64,000 nt of DNA from an uncultured delta proteobacterium (lineage in GTDB: Bacteria > Desulfobacterota > BSN033 > UBA1163), in assembly GCA_963827685.1 (NCBI GenBank), contig CAWHBU010000007.1:1-64000 (forward strand), read 5' to 3'. Numbering within the stretch: position 1 is the stretch's first letter; each line of letters begins with the position of its first letter. This document shows, piece by piece, positions 24,672 to 36,400 of this stretch. Both the position numbers and the translations under genes were made by a program. The notes under the pieces are model-generated. The model did no database searches, was not told the DNA's origin, and was given only the letters and a program-made list of their open reading frames with translations.

Positions 24672-24790
24672 GGGTCTATTGGGTTTATCGAGTTCATTGG
24701 GTTCGTTGAGTTCATTGAGTTATTGGGTCCATTGAGTTTCTTGAGTTAACCTAACAAACCCAATAAACCCTATAAACCCAATAAACTCCT
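24672..24790. repeat. Inverted 9-mer tandem array
   Basis: (GGGTYYATT/GAGTTCATT)n opposite (AATAAACCC)n. Confidence 0.75.
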
Positions 24791-24812
24791 AAAAAGGAAG
24801 TAAAGAACCCCT

Positions 24813-25688
24813 TTACTTCCTTTTTAGGATAGCCTGCATTTCTTCTCCGACTAATGCCGGGTTTCCAACCACCCTTACGCCTGCCTTTCTTAATGCCTCC
24901 ATTTTCTCTTTAGCTGTTCCCTTTCCACCTGCAATGATTGCACCGGCGTGCCCCATTCTCCTCCCTGGAGGAGCAGTCAATCCAGCGATAAAAGCCAACA
25001 CGGGTTTGTGAACATGCTTCTCAATAAACCCAGCTGCCTCCTCTTCTGCTGTTCCACCAATTTCTCCAATCATGACCACTGCCTCTGTTCCAGGGTCTTT
25101 TTCAAACAGCTCCAAGAGATCAGCAAAGTTTAACCCGATAATCTGGTCGCCCCCTATGCCCACAGCCGTCGACTGTCCGAGTCCCCTCTTGGTCAGCTGA
25201 TCCACAACCTCATAGGTGAGCGTTCCGCTTCGAGAGATAATCCCTATCGTCCCTGGCTGATGGATATACCCTGCCATCACACCGATCTTGCACTTTCCAG
25301 GGGATATAATTCCAGGGGTATTCGGCCCGATCAAATTTGCCCCCTTTTCTTTTAGATAAGCCCGCACTATCACCATATCTAATGTTGGGATTCCCTCTGT
25401 AAGACAGACGATGAGGGAAATCCCCGCGTCAGCGGCTTCCAAAATCGCATCGGCAGCAAAAGCTGGAGGGACGAAGATCGCAGAGGCAGTGACGCCCGTC
25501 TTCCTCACGGCTTCGCTGACTGTATTGAAGACCGGGACCCCATCAATGTCCTGTCCCCCTTTGCCCGGGGTCACACCCGCTACGACCTTTGTTCCATACT
25601 TCACCATCTGCCGAGTATGAAACATCCCTTCATTGCCCGTAATCCCTTGAACCACGACCCTTGTTTTCTCATCAACTAAGATGCTCAT
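24813..25688 (-). CDS. sucD: Succinyl-CoA synthetase alpha
   Basis: [22 protein letters not shown]. Confidence 0.96.
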   Translation of the reverse strand: MSILVDEKTRVVVQGITGNEGMFHTRQMVKYGTKVVAGVTPGKGGQDIDGVPVFNTVSEAVRKTGVTASAIFVPPAFAADAILEAADAGISLIVCLTEGIPTLDMVIVRAYLKEKGANLIGPNTPGIISPGKCKIGVMAGYIHQPGTIGIISRSGTLTYEVVDQLTKRGLGQSTAVGIGGDQIIGLNFADLLELFEKDPGTEAVVMIGEIGGTAEEEAAGFIEKHVHKPVLAFIAGLTAPPGRRMGHAGAIIAGGKGTAKEKMEALRKAGVRVVGNPALVGEEMQAILKRK

Positions 25689-25802
25689 GCTTCCTCCGCA
25701 TTATAAATAGATAGTAAGCAGAAGGCAGTCGGCGGAAGGCAGAAAGAAAGGGAATGGATCAGACTGTTTCCTGCCTACTGCTTACTGCTTTCTGCTTACT
25801 GC

Positions 25803-26969
25803 CTACTGTCTTTTCAGTGCTTCCACCACTTTCTCGGCTGCCTCTTTCATCCCTTGGGCAACAATGAAATTCAACCCCGACTCGTTGAGAATCCTCCGCC
25901 CCTCCTCAACATTGGTCCCTTCGAGTCTGACCACCACCGGCACCTTCACTTTCACCCCAGAAACAGCCTCCGTTACACCTTCAGCCAGGGTGTCACATCT
26001 TAGAATCCCACCGAAGATATTGATTAAGACCACCTTCACGTCCTTGTCAGACATAAGGATTTCGAAGCCATTCTTTACCATCTCCACTGTAGCGCCGCCC
26101 CCGACATCAAGAAAATTGGCCGGGTCAGCTCCAGCCACTTTGATAATGTCCATGGTGGCCATAGCAAGCCCGGCCCCGTTCACCATACAGCCCACGTTCC
26201 CATCCAGCTTGATGTAATTCAAATTATATTTCGATGCCTCGATCTCGAGGGGGTCTTCTTCATTAAGGTCCCGGAGTGCGGCAATCTCTTTGTGACGGAA
26301 GAGTCCGTTGTCGCCAAAATTCATCTTTGCATCAAGGGCGATCAAATCACCGCCCTTCGTCAGGACCAGCGGGTTTATCTCTGCAAGGAGGCAATCCTTC
26401 TCAATAAATGCCTTGTAAAGCCCGGAAAGGATTCCTCGCATTTTTCCTACCTGACCCAGTTCAAGCCCTAGTCCGAAACCAATCTTGTTGGGATGAAAAG
26501 GCCTGAAGCCTGTGACGGGGCTTATCCATTCCTTGATGATCTTCTTGGGGGATTCCGCAGCCACCTTTTCGATCTCTACGCCACCTTCCCGGCTCGCCAT
26601 GATTACCGGACAGGCTTCTGACCGGTCAACCATCATCCCCAGATAAAGCTCCTCCTCGATTTCCATCCCCTCCTCAATCAGGGCCTTCCGGACAATCCTG
26701 CCCGCAGGTCCCGTCTGATGGGTGACCAGTGTCATTCCCAATATCTTTTTCGCTGCATTCTGTGCCTGCTGTGCCGAGTGAACAACCTGGACCCCTCCCC
26801 CTTTCCCTCTTCCTCCCGCATGAATCTGCGCTTTCACGACGATGGTCTCCGTTCCAATCTCTTTGGCAATTCTTCCGGCTTCTTCCGGTGTTTCAGCCAC
26901 CCTGCCCCTTGGAACAGGGACCCCATAACTTTTCAGAATCTCTTTAGCCTGATATTCATGAATTTTCAT
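25803..26969 (-). CDS. sucC: Succinyl-CoA synthetase beta
   Basis: MKIHEYQAK, KAQIHAGGRGKGGG, NGAGLAMAT. Confidence 0.96.
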   Translation of the reverse strand: MKIHEYQAKEILKSYGVPVPRGRVAETPEEAGRIAKEIGTETIVVKAQIHAGGRGKGGGVQVVHSAQQAQNAAKKILGMTLVTHQTGPAGRIVRKALIEEGMEIEEELYLGMMVDRSEACPVIMASREGGVEIEKVAAESPKKIIKEWISPVTGFRPFHPNKIGFGLGLELGQVGKMRGILSGLYKAFIEKDCLLAEINPLVLTKGGDLIALDAKMNFGDNGLFRHKEIAALRDLNEEDPLEIEASKYNLNYIKLDGNVGCMVNGAGLAMATMDIIKVAGADPANFLDVGGGATVEMVKNGFEILMSDKDVKVVLINIFGGILRCDTLAEGVTEAVSGVKVKVPVVVRLEGTNVEEGRRILNESGLNFIVAQGMKEAAEKVVEALKRQ

Positions 26970-27364
26970 TCTATTTCATCTCCCTCCTAAAATTAAGCAG
27001 GGTAATTATAACGGATTCCATTGACCGAAAAAAGGGGAAAAAGATGGGCAAATTGAAAGGAGTATTTTGGGGTTATAAATTGAATATCTTGCCCCCGAGG
27101 ACTCTTTCCTGAAGTTTCTGCTTGATGGATTTTGGTCATTTTGCAAGATTTCAATTGGCAATCGTTGTCTGCAAAATTGCGCTGACGCCCTCGTTCCTCA
27201 TTGCTTGACATTCAATCCTGTTCTTCTTATATTCGTCTTGTCCTAAGATGACGTGCTACAAAGTTCTTGTTCTCGAAAATACCTTGAAATTTTGGCGATT
27301 GATTGGTCTTGTTAAACATGGTTGAAAGGCCCGGAGTAGTTGTGCTTTAAACGGAGGTCATAAC

Positions 27365-28645
27365 GTGAAGTTTAATTGGAACAGCCCGTGGCTCGTCGGA
27401 ATGGTGGTCGGAATAGCGACCGCGCTTATTGCAGGGGTTATACTTTACTTTATCGTCGAAGACCGAGCGAAACGGATAGTGATAGAAAATCAGTGGAGCA
27501 TTGTGCGAAATGCTGACAAGCTCCTGGAGAAGAAATTGTTCGGTGAGGCATTGGCAATATACGTGGGAGTGTCAAAGTTAGTATCGGAGCGGAATAGCCC
27601 TGAGCTCTACGCCCATATCAAACATTACGAGGGTAGTTGTTACGGCCAATTGGCCGAGATAGACTCGAAAGAAGAAAATCTTCTCAAGGCCATGCAAGCT
27701 TACGAAGAAGCCCTGCAAATAAGGAAGATTGACAAATACCCCTTGGAGTACGCACAGTCACAGCATAATCTGGGGAATGTATACAAAGGTCTTAGTCAGG
27801 TGAGAAATGCTGAGCCCAATTTGATGAAATCAATTCAGGCGTACAAAGAGGCCTTGAGAGTGTACGATATTGAGAAATACGCTCAGTCTTATGCAAGCAC
27901 GGAAAACGGTCTGGGAGGAGCGTATACCCTTCTTGCCAGAATTAAGGATAAAGAGGAGAATGTACTTAATGCCATCAAGGCTTATGAAGAAACACTAAAG
28001 ATTTATACCCCCGAGAAAGATCCCGTGGACTATGCAGGGAGTCAAAGTAATCTGGGGGCTGCTTATACAGTCATGGCTGAGATTAGAAACAAAAAAGAGT
28101 ACTGCACAAAGGGGATCGAGGCTTATAGAAAGGCATTGCTCATTCGAAACATAGAGAAGTATCCCGATTACTATGCACAAACACAACTCAATCTGGGCTG
28201 CTCTTACCGGCTCCTTGCAGAAGTCACAGATAAAGAAGCCAATTGCTGGAAAGCAATTAAAGCCTTTGAGGAAGTCCTAAGAGTCTGGACCCTAGAAAAG
28301 TATCCGCTCAATTATGCAGATGCCAAAAATAATCTCGGAAATGTTTACTCTATGATAGGCCAAGTCAGGGGCGACGAAAAGAATTGCCAGGAAGCAGTTA
28401 AAGCGTATGAAGAGGTACTAAAAGTAAAGGTGGTTGACAGATACCCAGTTGACTATGCGGCGACTCAAAACAATCTTGGAAACGCCTACCGGTGCCTTGC
28501 AGAAATAAGAGACAGGGAAAGGAATTGTAGGAAGGCAATTAGAGCATATGAAGAGGCGCTGAGCATATACACTTTGGACAAATATCCATTATATTATAAC
28601 GGAGTATTGTCAAATATGAATAAGGCGAAGAGAATGATCAGATAG
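27365..28645 (+). CDS. Membrane-anchored TPR-repeat protein
   Basis: N-terminal TM; about 7-8 ~47-aa repeats YAxxQNNLGxAY..LA...KAIxAYEEAL. Confidence 0.85.
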   Translation: MKFNWNSPWLVGMVVGIATALIAGVILYFIVEDRAKRIVIENQWSIVRNADKLLEKKLFGEALAIYVGVSKLVSERNSPELYAHIKHYEGSCYGQLAEIDSKEENLLKAMQAYEEALQIRKIDKYPLEYAQSQHNLGNVYKGLSQVRNAEPNLMKSIQAYKEALRVYDIEKYAQSYASTENGLGGAYTLLARIKDKEENVLNAIKAYEETLKIYTPEKDPVDYAGSQSNLGAAYTVMAEIRNKKEYCTKGIEAYRKALLIRNIEKYPDYYAQTQLNLGCSYRLLAEVTDKEANCWKAIKAFEEVLRVWTLEKYPLNYADAKNNLGNVYSMIGQVRGDEKNCQEAVKAYEEVLKVKVVDRYPVDYAATQNNLGNAYRCLAEIRDRERNCRKAIRAYEEALSIYTLDKYPLYYNGVLSNMNKAKRMIR

Positions 28646-29032
28646 GAGAGAGACGGCCCAAAAAGGATGGGTCGTCACAGGAGCAGGGTCATCATGGCTC
28701 CGCTTTTTTTATGCACATTTCTTACAGTAATCCTTGATATCGGGGATTGCGTTGGACTGGAGAGTAGTAGGTGAAACAAGTAACCAAAGATAGGTCCGAG
28801 TCCCTCATCATTTCTTTTATGACTAGTCTTGATAAATAAAAAACTCAACCAAGCTAAATTCTTTCCAGGGATTCTTCCCTAACTCTCCAAGATCCCGCAG
28901 CAGAGGCAATAGCTCCCTGCCAACCCATGTCCCGACCGAGGGCGGGGCAGGCAGGAAAGCTGACACCACATCTCTTTCTCAATTTTTGAAAACTTGACCC
29001 CTTGGACCCGGGAATCCTTGAACCCTCTGCGA

Positions 29033-30706
29033 TTACCGGATGGTTCCCAGGTAATGGGTAGTCAGTTGACGCTCTCGGACTTTGGGATTGGAGTAATCGG
29101 GAAGGAGCATCGGAGCGACTCGATCTGTGACGATTCCTGCCTTCTCTAACTCTTTGTGATATCTCCTGACATGATCCAAGGTCAATTTGCCTTCTTTTGC
29201 TTTCTCTTTCGCATAGCGCGACGCACTCCCTCCCGCGATCCTGCCGAAGACACAGACATCAAGAAGAGAGTTCCCCATCAACCGATTCTCGCCGTGGACT
29301 CCGCCTGAGACCTCACCGGTAGAAAAAAATCCTGGGATGGATGTTTCGCAACGGCTGTTATATTCCAAACCTCCATTTTGGTAATGAAGAGTCGGATAAA
29401 CCAGCATGGGTTCCTTTGAAATATCGATCCCATATCGTTTAAATAGAATAAATTTCCCAGGGAATTCCCTCTTCACCGCGCCTTCTCCCATGAGGACATC
29501 GATCATCGGTGAGTCTAACCAGATGCCTAATTTTCCGGTAGAGGTTGGAATCCCTTTTCCAATTTCAGTGCACTCTCGAATGAAGCAAGACGATTCCACA
29601 TCTCTCGGTTCCCGTTCGTTGACGAATTGTTCTCCATCGATGTTGAGGACATTGGCTCCTGCACCTCTGAACTTCTCTGTGATCAGAAGACCCTCTGCCT
29701 GCTCTGGGAAGACGGCGCCCGTGGGATGATATTGGACAGTATGGAGGAAGCATAATTTCACGCCTGCTCGGTAACCAAGAACAAGGCCATCTCCAGTGGC
29801 ACCATAGTGGTTCGTGGTCATGAATCCCTGAATGTGAAGCCTTCCCGAGCCTCCTGTGGCCATAACCACTGCTTTTGCTTTGACGACGAAGTATTCCTCT
29901 GTCTCGAGATTATAAAGCACCGCACCCGCACAATGGCCGTGTTCATTTAGGATTAGCTCCACCGCGGGAGAAAATTCCAATACTTTAATATCCCCAGCTC
30001 GGTTCCTTGCTTCGTCTCTCAGGGTTCTCATAATCTCAGCGCCCGTGATATCCGCCGCATAATTCATCCGCTTCCGACATGTTCCCCCACCATGAAGGGA
30101 TCTAAGTTGTCCCTCCGGAAATTTTGTTAACATGCAACCAAGGCTTTCCAACCAGGCCAGAACCTTCGGGGCTTCTGTCACGAGGGTATAGACAAGCTCC
30201 GGAACATTTTTGAAATGGCCTCCGCCCAAGACATCGAGGTAATGGTAATAAGGAGAGTCCTTCGTACCTTTGGTGGCTGCTTGAATACCGCCCTCTGCCA
30301 TCATCGTATTGGCATCTCCATGCCTCAATTTGGTGGCGATCAATACCCTGGCCCCATTTTCTTGCGCTGTTAAAGCCGCTGCCGTTCCCGCACCTCCTCC
30401 ACCGAGGATGAGGACGTCCGTTTCATATGCCACTTTATTCAAATCAATGACATCAGGATTGACACGGCTCCTGGCTTCAAGAAGATTCACGATCTCCGGT
30501 GAGATGCCATACCCCTTATTGGGTCCCACACGAATTTCCTTCCTGGAACCTTCTTTGAAATCGGGATGGTACTTTCTCAGTCGCTCCTCCCTTTCTTTCA
30601 AAGTGAGCAGTGGAAATTCCTCACCCCTTCTTTTCTTTTCAATTCGGGCAGGCCGTGTTGCCTCCACTTTCTTAATCAACTCTTTCAGTTCTCTTGTATA
30701 AGGCAT
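29033..30706 (-). CDS. Fumarate reductase/succinate dehydrogenase-like flavoprotein (TfrA-like, soluble)
   Basis: GGGGAG, AEGG, QYHPTG, EPRD, LHYQNGG, HGENRLMGNSL. Confidence 0.85.
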   Translation of the reverse strand: MPYTRELKELIKKVEATRPARIEKKRRGEEFPLLTLKEREERLRKYHPDFKEGSRKEIRVGPNKGYGISPEIVNLLEARSRVNPDVIDLNKVAYETDVLILGGGGAGTAAALTAQENGARVLIATKLRHGDANTMMAEGGIQAATKGTKDSPYYHYLDVLGGGHFKNVPELVYTLVTEAPKVLAWLESLGCMLTKFPEGQLRSLHGGGTCRKRMNYAADITGAEIMRTLRDEARNRAGDIKVLEFSPAVELILNEHGHCAGAVLYNLETEEYFVVKAKAVVMATGGSGRLHIQGFMTTNHYGATGDGLVLGYRAGVKLCFLHTVQYHPTGAVFPEQAEGLLITEKFRGAGANVLNIDGEQFVNEREPRDVESSCFIRECTEIGKGIPTSTGKLGIWLDSPMIDVLMGEGAVKREFPGKFILFKRYGIDISKEPMLVYPTLHYQNGGLEYNSRCETSIPGFFSTGEVSGGVHGENRLMGNSLLDVCVFGRIAGGSASRYAKEKAKEGKLTLDHVRRYHKELEKAGIVTDRVAPMLLPDYSNPKVRERQLTTHYLGTIR

Positions 30707-30799
30707 GATTTCTCCAAAAAAATTACAGGTTCAGATTAAGGCTGAGGTTAAGAAGTTCTAAACCCAAACTTAAACCTTAACCTTAACCTCAACCTTTCT

Positions 30800-31585
30800 T
30801 TATAGATACGTTTTATCCTTTGGGATCCAGTCTTCGCCGGCCTGCTCCGGCTCGTTCTCCCTTTTGTTATAAAGATTTTTCAGTTCATCCTCATTGGTAT
30901 CCATCAATCCCCTGAGCATCTGTTCGTATTTCCCCTTCTCAACTTCCTTTACCATTGAGGCCAGATGCTCGGCTTTGGGAGCAATGTACTTGCCATAGAG
31001 CCGCCTTCCTAAAATCGCAATATTATATTGGCAGATCTCCGCCGGACATCGGGATGTACAAAGACCGCACATCACACAGTCAAAAGAAAGCTCTGCCAGT
31101 CGTGCTACATCCCCTCTCATAGCGGCTGCCATATAGTCCATGACCTCTATATCCATCGGACAGGATTTCGTGCAAGTATTACATTGTAGACACCGTAACA
31201 GTTCAGGATAAGTCTTGACCAACGTTTCGATGGTAGGCTTTATCTTCTCGATGTCATAGATACTTTTGGTGGCCGGGAAGAAAGGAATCTGCGTCAGATA
31301 CATGTTGGGTTGAACAACTGTCTGACAGGCCAAACCTACTTCAATCTTATAGCTTCCCGGAAATCGGTAGACGGTTCCGCAGGCTCCACATATCCCTCCC
31401 CTGCACCCACAGCCCCGAATCAATTGGTATCCTGCGTACTCCAGTGCTTTTTGAATGGTAATGGAGGGAGGGACTTCGTATCGTTTCCCCATGATAAAAA
31501 TGGGAACCAGATCCTCTTTTTCCTTCTTCTCTGCTTCCATCGATGCAACCTCAACGTCGGCAATAAATGCCGACGCTACATTCAC
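30800..31585 (-). CDS. Fe-S subunit (2Fe-2S plus 2x4Fe-4S), SdhB/FrdB-like
   Basis: CRGGICGAC..C; CLQCNTCTKSCP; CVMCGLCTSRCP; true start may be ~31540. Confidence 0.85.
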   Translation of the reverse strand: MNVASAFIADVEVASMEAEKKEKEDLVPIFIMGKRYEVPPSITIQKALEYAGYQLIRGCGCRGGICGACGTVYRFPGSYKIEVGLACQTVVQPNMYLTQIPFFPATKSIYDIEKIKPTIETLVKTYPELLRCLQCNTCTKSCPMDIEVMDYMAAAMRGDVARLAELSFDCVMCGLCTSRCPAEICQYNIAILGRRLYGKYIAPKAEHLASMVKEVEKGKYEQMLRGLMDTNEDELKNLYNKRENEPEQAGEDWIPKDKTYL

Positions 31586-31629
31586 TATTTTCTTACGCTA
31601 TGCGCTATGATCTATGCACTCTGCGGTTT

Positions 31630-32778
31630 TTAAAGGGCTCCTGATTCGATCTTCAATTCGTCTTCTTTAAAAGCTGCCACTGGAGGCACTTCTGCTACAT
31701 CTCTTCCCGGAACATATTGGAACATCTTTTGTATCCTATCTCCCACGCTCCGAAAGAGGGTGGCTACCGGCAACCGGCTCGGGCAGGCGCTGTCACAAAG
31801 TCCACACCCGATACAGGAAGTCACCATGTGAGACATCCGGATCAGATGGAAGATGAGCGTGTCGGTTGGCATGCGAATCTCACCCTTTCGATCCGCCCAC
31901 CTTAGGAATTGGTCTCCATCGTGCTCGAAGACCGCTGTCCTGAAAACACACTCTTTACAATAACAGATCGGGCAGGCCACCATGCAATTGTGGCATCGAA
32001 CACAGGTGGAAAAACGGTCCAAAAAGGACTGAAGATCCTTGACGATACCTTTGAATTCTTGGAAAAGGGCATCCCGCTTCTTCGTCCTCTCAGCGACGAC
32101 TTTGTTGACTACTTCGCTCCTTGATGCCGGTTCATTTTCTGAAAAAGAAAGCACGCCCTTTTCTTCGATCTCCTTTTCCAATTTGTCCCCGACTTCAATG
32201 CCGATCTCCTGATCTGCCTTATAGCCAAACAGTCTAAGAATAATATCCGCTTGAGGAACAGGGTATTCACACATCTGACAAGCTGTCCTGAAGGCATACC
32301 CAGAGGGTGGAGAAATCTCACCCTTCTCCATACCTTTGAGCAACGCTTTCGTCAGTGACTCCCCCCCTTTTCCCTCCTGCGCCATTTTTGCATAATCGGG
32401 CACTTCAAAGGTTCCAGGACAATCGATGCCAATGAGGTACAGGTGATCCGGCTTGACCTGGAGAAATTTTGCCAATTCAACAGCAGCCCGTACCTCACAT
32501 GCTTTTAATACGGCAGCAACTTTCTTCTCCAGATTTTTAACGGTGAGGTTGGAGATCACCCTCGCGGATTGGACTGGCATGGTGGGTGAAAGGACACATA
32601 CTTCATTCAACTTTTCTGGATTTCGGATGAGCGTTTGCACGAATCCATCCTTCGAAGGGAGTGCCTTGGGAATCATGATTGCCTCCACGATTCCCTTTTC
32701 TAAAAGAGATTTCAGAAAGCCAACGATCGCTTCCTCTGTTTTTCCCTCTATCACTTTAACCGCTGCCTTCTTCGACAT
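31630..32778 (-). CDS. FdhB/FrhB-family flavo-Fe-S subunit
   Basis: IGIDCPGT, RTAC..C..P, CVRCHNCMVACPICYCKEC, CIGCGLCDSACP. Confidence 0.85.
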   Translation of the reverse strand: MSKKAAVKVIEGKTEEAIVGFLKSLLEKGIVEAIMIPKALPSKDGFVQTLIRNPEKLNEVCVLSPTMPVQSARVISNLTVKNLEKKVAAVLKACEVRAAVELAKFLQVKPDHLYLIGIDCPGTFEVPDYAKMAQEGKGGESLTKALLKGMEKGEISPPSGYAFRTACQMCEYPVPQADIILRLFGYKADQEIGIEVGDKLEKEIEEKGVLSFSENEPASRSEVVNKVVAERTKKRDALFQEFKGIVKDLQSFLDRFSTCVRCHNCMVACPICYCKECVFRTAVFEHDGDQFLRWADRKGEIRMPTDTLIFHLIRMSHMVTSCIGCGLCDSACPSRLPVATLFRSVGDRIQKMFQYVPGRDVAEVPPVAAFKEDELKIESGAL

Positions 32779-32887
32779 GTCTGGTAATTCTCCTTTCCTT
32801 ATGACGTGATTGGTGATTCGGGATTGGTGAATCGCAATTTAGAAAAACTCATTATGTTTTGCCCAACGAGTCACGATTCACGGTCTA

Positions 32888-33310
32888 TTACGCATTCCAA
32901 AGTTGTTTCATCGGATTTGGACCCATCTTCTTTAAGTCCTCTACCATTTTCGTCACGGTGTCTGCGAAGAGTTTCCCTTCACTGGCACTGATCCATTTGA
33001 GCCAGATGCGATCCTCTGTATAACCCATTTGTTGAAGGATGCCTTTTAGAATGGCTACCCTTCTTCGAGCCTTATAATTCCCTGTCTGATAATGACAGTC
33101 TCCGGGATGGCAACCTCCGATCAACACGCCATCCGCCCCATCAATCAGGGCTTTCAGCACATAAATCGAGTCTACCGCCCCCGAGCACATCAAATGGATA
33201 ACGCGGATATTGGGAGGATATTGCTGCCGAGTGGTACCGGCAAGATCTGCTCCAGTATAGGTGCACCAGTGGCATAAAAAAGCTACAATCCTCGGTTCAA
33301 AATCAGCCAT
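32888..33310 (-). CDS. mvhD: MvhD/FlpD 2Fe-2S subunit
   Basis: FEPRIVAFLCHWCTYTGAD..MCSG..GCHPGDCHY..WISASEG. Confidence 0.92.
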   Translation of the reverse strand: MADFEPRIVAFLCHWCTYTGADLAGTTRQQYPPNIRVIHLMCSGAVDSIYVLKALIDGADGVLIGGCHPGDCHYQTGNYKARRRVAILKGILQQMGYTEDRIWLKWISASEGKLFADTVTKMVEDLKKMGPNPMKQLWNA

Positions 33311-33441
33311 ATCTTCCTCCTATTTCAAATGATCGCATGGAGCAGAGAGCATAGCGCATAGAGTATAAGAACTTATTTTTGAAAATTGTCTTATTATTTA
33401 GGGTTACGCTATGCCCCATGCGCTCTGCCCTATGCGAGTCT

Positions 33442-36400
33442 CTAATCGATGACCGCATCCAGGGCGGCCAGATTCAAATCCTTTTCAAAGTTCCGCTGCT
33501 GGGAGGCTGCATTCCGACAAGCGATGACGCAGGAACCACACCCCTGGCAGAGCGACCCGATTACTTCAGCCTTACCTTCCTCTTCATTCAGGACCCTTGC
33601 CCCATAAGGACATACTGTGACACAGAGGCCGCATCCACAACAAAGCCTTTTGATCACATAGGCCTGATAGGGCTTTTCCTCCACCGCTTCTTTGGATAAA
33701 AGGGCACCCGCCCTGGCAGCCGCCGCATTCCCCTGGGAGATCGCGTCTTCGATAAAATTGGGTGAATGGCAGAGCCCGCAAAAGAATTTTCCACGGTCCA
33801 CGGAATCAAGGGGAGCAGACTTGGGATTGGCCTCCATGAAAAAACCATCTGGATTGAGGTCTACATCGAAGATCCTCGCCAATTCCCGATGCTCGTTCGG
33901 TTCAATTCCGGTGCTGAGAATAATACGATCTGCTGAAAGGGTAATGGGCCCATTCATTGCAGGATCGAGCAGCGAGACTTGAAGATTTTTACCCTGAAGC
34001 GTGACTTTCGGCTTATTCTCCAAGTCATACCGCACGAAGATCACGCCTTTCGCTCTCGCTTCGTGATAATATGTCTCATAGAATCCATAGGTCCTCACGT
34101 CACGGTACAGCACATAGATATTCATGTCTGGGTTGTTTTCTTTTAACCTCAAAGCATTCTTCACCGCATGGCCGCAGCAAACACGGCTGCAATAGGGATG
34201 TTCCTCATCCCTGGAGCCAACGCACTGAATCATCACCACTGAATGAATATCTTTCAATCCTTGATCGTTCGAATGGATCATCCTCTCCAGTTGTCTCTGC
34301 GTCAGCACCCTCGAATCTTCTCCGTAGAGGTATTCCTTGGGAGTGACCTCTTTTCCTCCGGTGGCAAGGATCAATGCCCCGTGGTCAAAGATCTTCTCTT
34401 CATTCTGATGACGAATCTTTGTTCGATAATGCCCGTTCTTCTTTTCAAATCCCAGGACTTCTGCCTCGGAATAGAGATGGATGGACTCATTGGTCTCAAC
34501 CTGTTTCATGAGTTTATTTAAGAGATCTTGTGGATTCGATCCCTTTAATGTATAGAAGGACTTTCTTAGGTTCCCTCCCAGCTCTTTTTCTTTCTCGATC
34601 AAATAAATTTCGTATCCCTGTTGGGCCAGCTGAAGAGATGCCGTCATGCCGGCGAGACCTCCCCCTACGACCAGCCCCTTTTTATCAATTTTCTGTTTCC
34701 CTCTTCGAATGGGTTGAGAACGCCTCGCCCTCTCGACCCCCGTCCTGATCAGAGCCATCGCCTTTTCTGTCGCCAATTTTGGATAGTCTTCGTGAACGAA
34801 GGCGCACTGCTCCCGGATGTTGGCATATTCGATGAGATAGGGATTAAAACCCATCCCTTTCGCCATCTCTTCCATGGCTCCCCGAATCTCCCGATGGGAG
34901 CAACCCGCGATGACGATTCGGTTAAGACCCTGCTCCCCGATTCTCTTTTTGATGAGATCTAAATCCTCCGGAAGGCAAGCCAAACCCACCTCTTCCACAT
35001 GGACCACCTCTCTCAACTGCCTTGTCCCGTTGATGAGGTCTGAAATAGAGAGACTCTTTTTCAGCTCTTCTCCGCAATGGCAGAGGAAGACCCCTATTTT
35101 TGGAATCTCATCTCCCAACGCCCCTTCCGCGGGATACTCTTTGGGAAGTTGAGGAAGACGATTGGGGGCGAGAAAAGAGGCGGCGGATGCCGCAGCGCTC
35201 GAGCCCTCTACAACGGTCTCCGGAATGTCCCTGGGACCCCGAAATGCCCCTGCGACGAAAACTCCCTTTACTGAAGTTTGTGCTGGACTGAATTCGTCTG
35301 TCTGGCAGAACCCCTGCTGATTCAGTTGAAGACCCATTCTTCCCGCCAGATCCTTTATGGCCTGCGGGGGAGTGAAGCCCACAGAGAGGACGACCGCATC
35401 AAATTCCCTCTCTTCAAAAGTACCGTCCTCTTTCACATAAGTAATGAGAAGGTTTTTCGTCTGCTGGACTTCTTTAATCGAAGAAATCGCACTCCGGATA
35501 TATTCAATCCCATAATCGGTCTTTGCCCTCTCATAATATCGCTCGTAATCCTTCCCCATGGGTCGAATGTCCATGTAGAAGAAGGTCACTCCAAGACCGG
35601 GGGCTCTATCTTTCGCAATCATGGCCTGCTTGGTGGCATACATGCAGCAAATGGTGGAACAGTGATTCTGACCACAGGAAGGATCCCTTGATCCAACGCA
35701 CTGGATAAAGGCGACCTTCTCCATCTTTTTCCCATCGGAGACCCGGGTGGGCAATCCCTGCGTTGGACTCGATGTGGAGAGCAATCTCTCGAACTGAATG
35801 CTTGTCAGCACGTTCTCATATCGGCCAAAACCATATTCCCCTTTTCTCTGAGCGATGAAGGGTTCAAACCCAAATCCCAGGACAATGGCTCCGACCTCAA
35901 TTTTTTCTTGTTCTTCTTTCATGTCGAGATCGATGGCCCCTGGGCTGCAGACCTTCACACACTCTCCACATCGGGTACAGGTTTTTGGATCGATCACGAA
36001 GCTGTGAGGGATCGCTTGAGGATAGGGAAGATAGATCGCCTTTCGTTTCTCCAGGCCTCCACCGAATTCTCTCTCGACCTCCACCGGGCAAACCTTTATA
36101 CAGGCCTCACATAGGGTGCAACGTTTGGGATCGACAAATCGAGGTTTTCGAACGACAGAGACATTAAAATCTCCCTCTTTTCCTTCAACCTTCACCACTT
36201 CCGAATAGGGCAACAATTCAATATTGTCATGAAGATGACATTCATAAATCGGGCAGAAGGCAGGAGGAGTGGGACTCATGAAGCAGACGCCACACGAGTT
36301 GGTCGGAAAGGTTTTATCCAATAGCGGGAAATAACCCCCGATCGCTGGTCCCTGCTCCAAGAGGAAAACCTTTGTCCCCATCTCTGCTAACAGAAGCGCA

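Noticed and set aside
24672-24790. CRISPR array (also considered 19408-19530 and 22068-22118)
   Set aside because: Short degenerate tandem units or only two copies, no unique spacers, no cas genes.
26305-26325. SucC NFGDN instead of the usual NFDDN
   Set aside because: Single substitution; cannot be told apart from sequencing error or neutral variation.
33379-36167. Many plus-strand ORFs opposite hdrA and other core genes
   Set aside because: Shadow ORFs of well-supported minus-strand genes.
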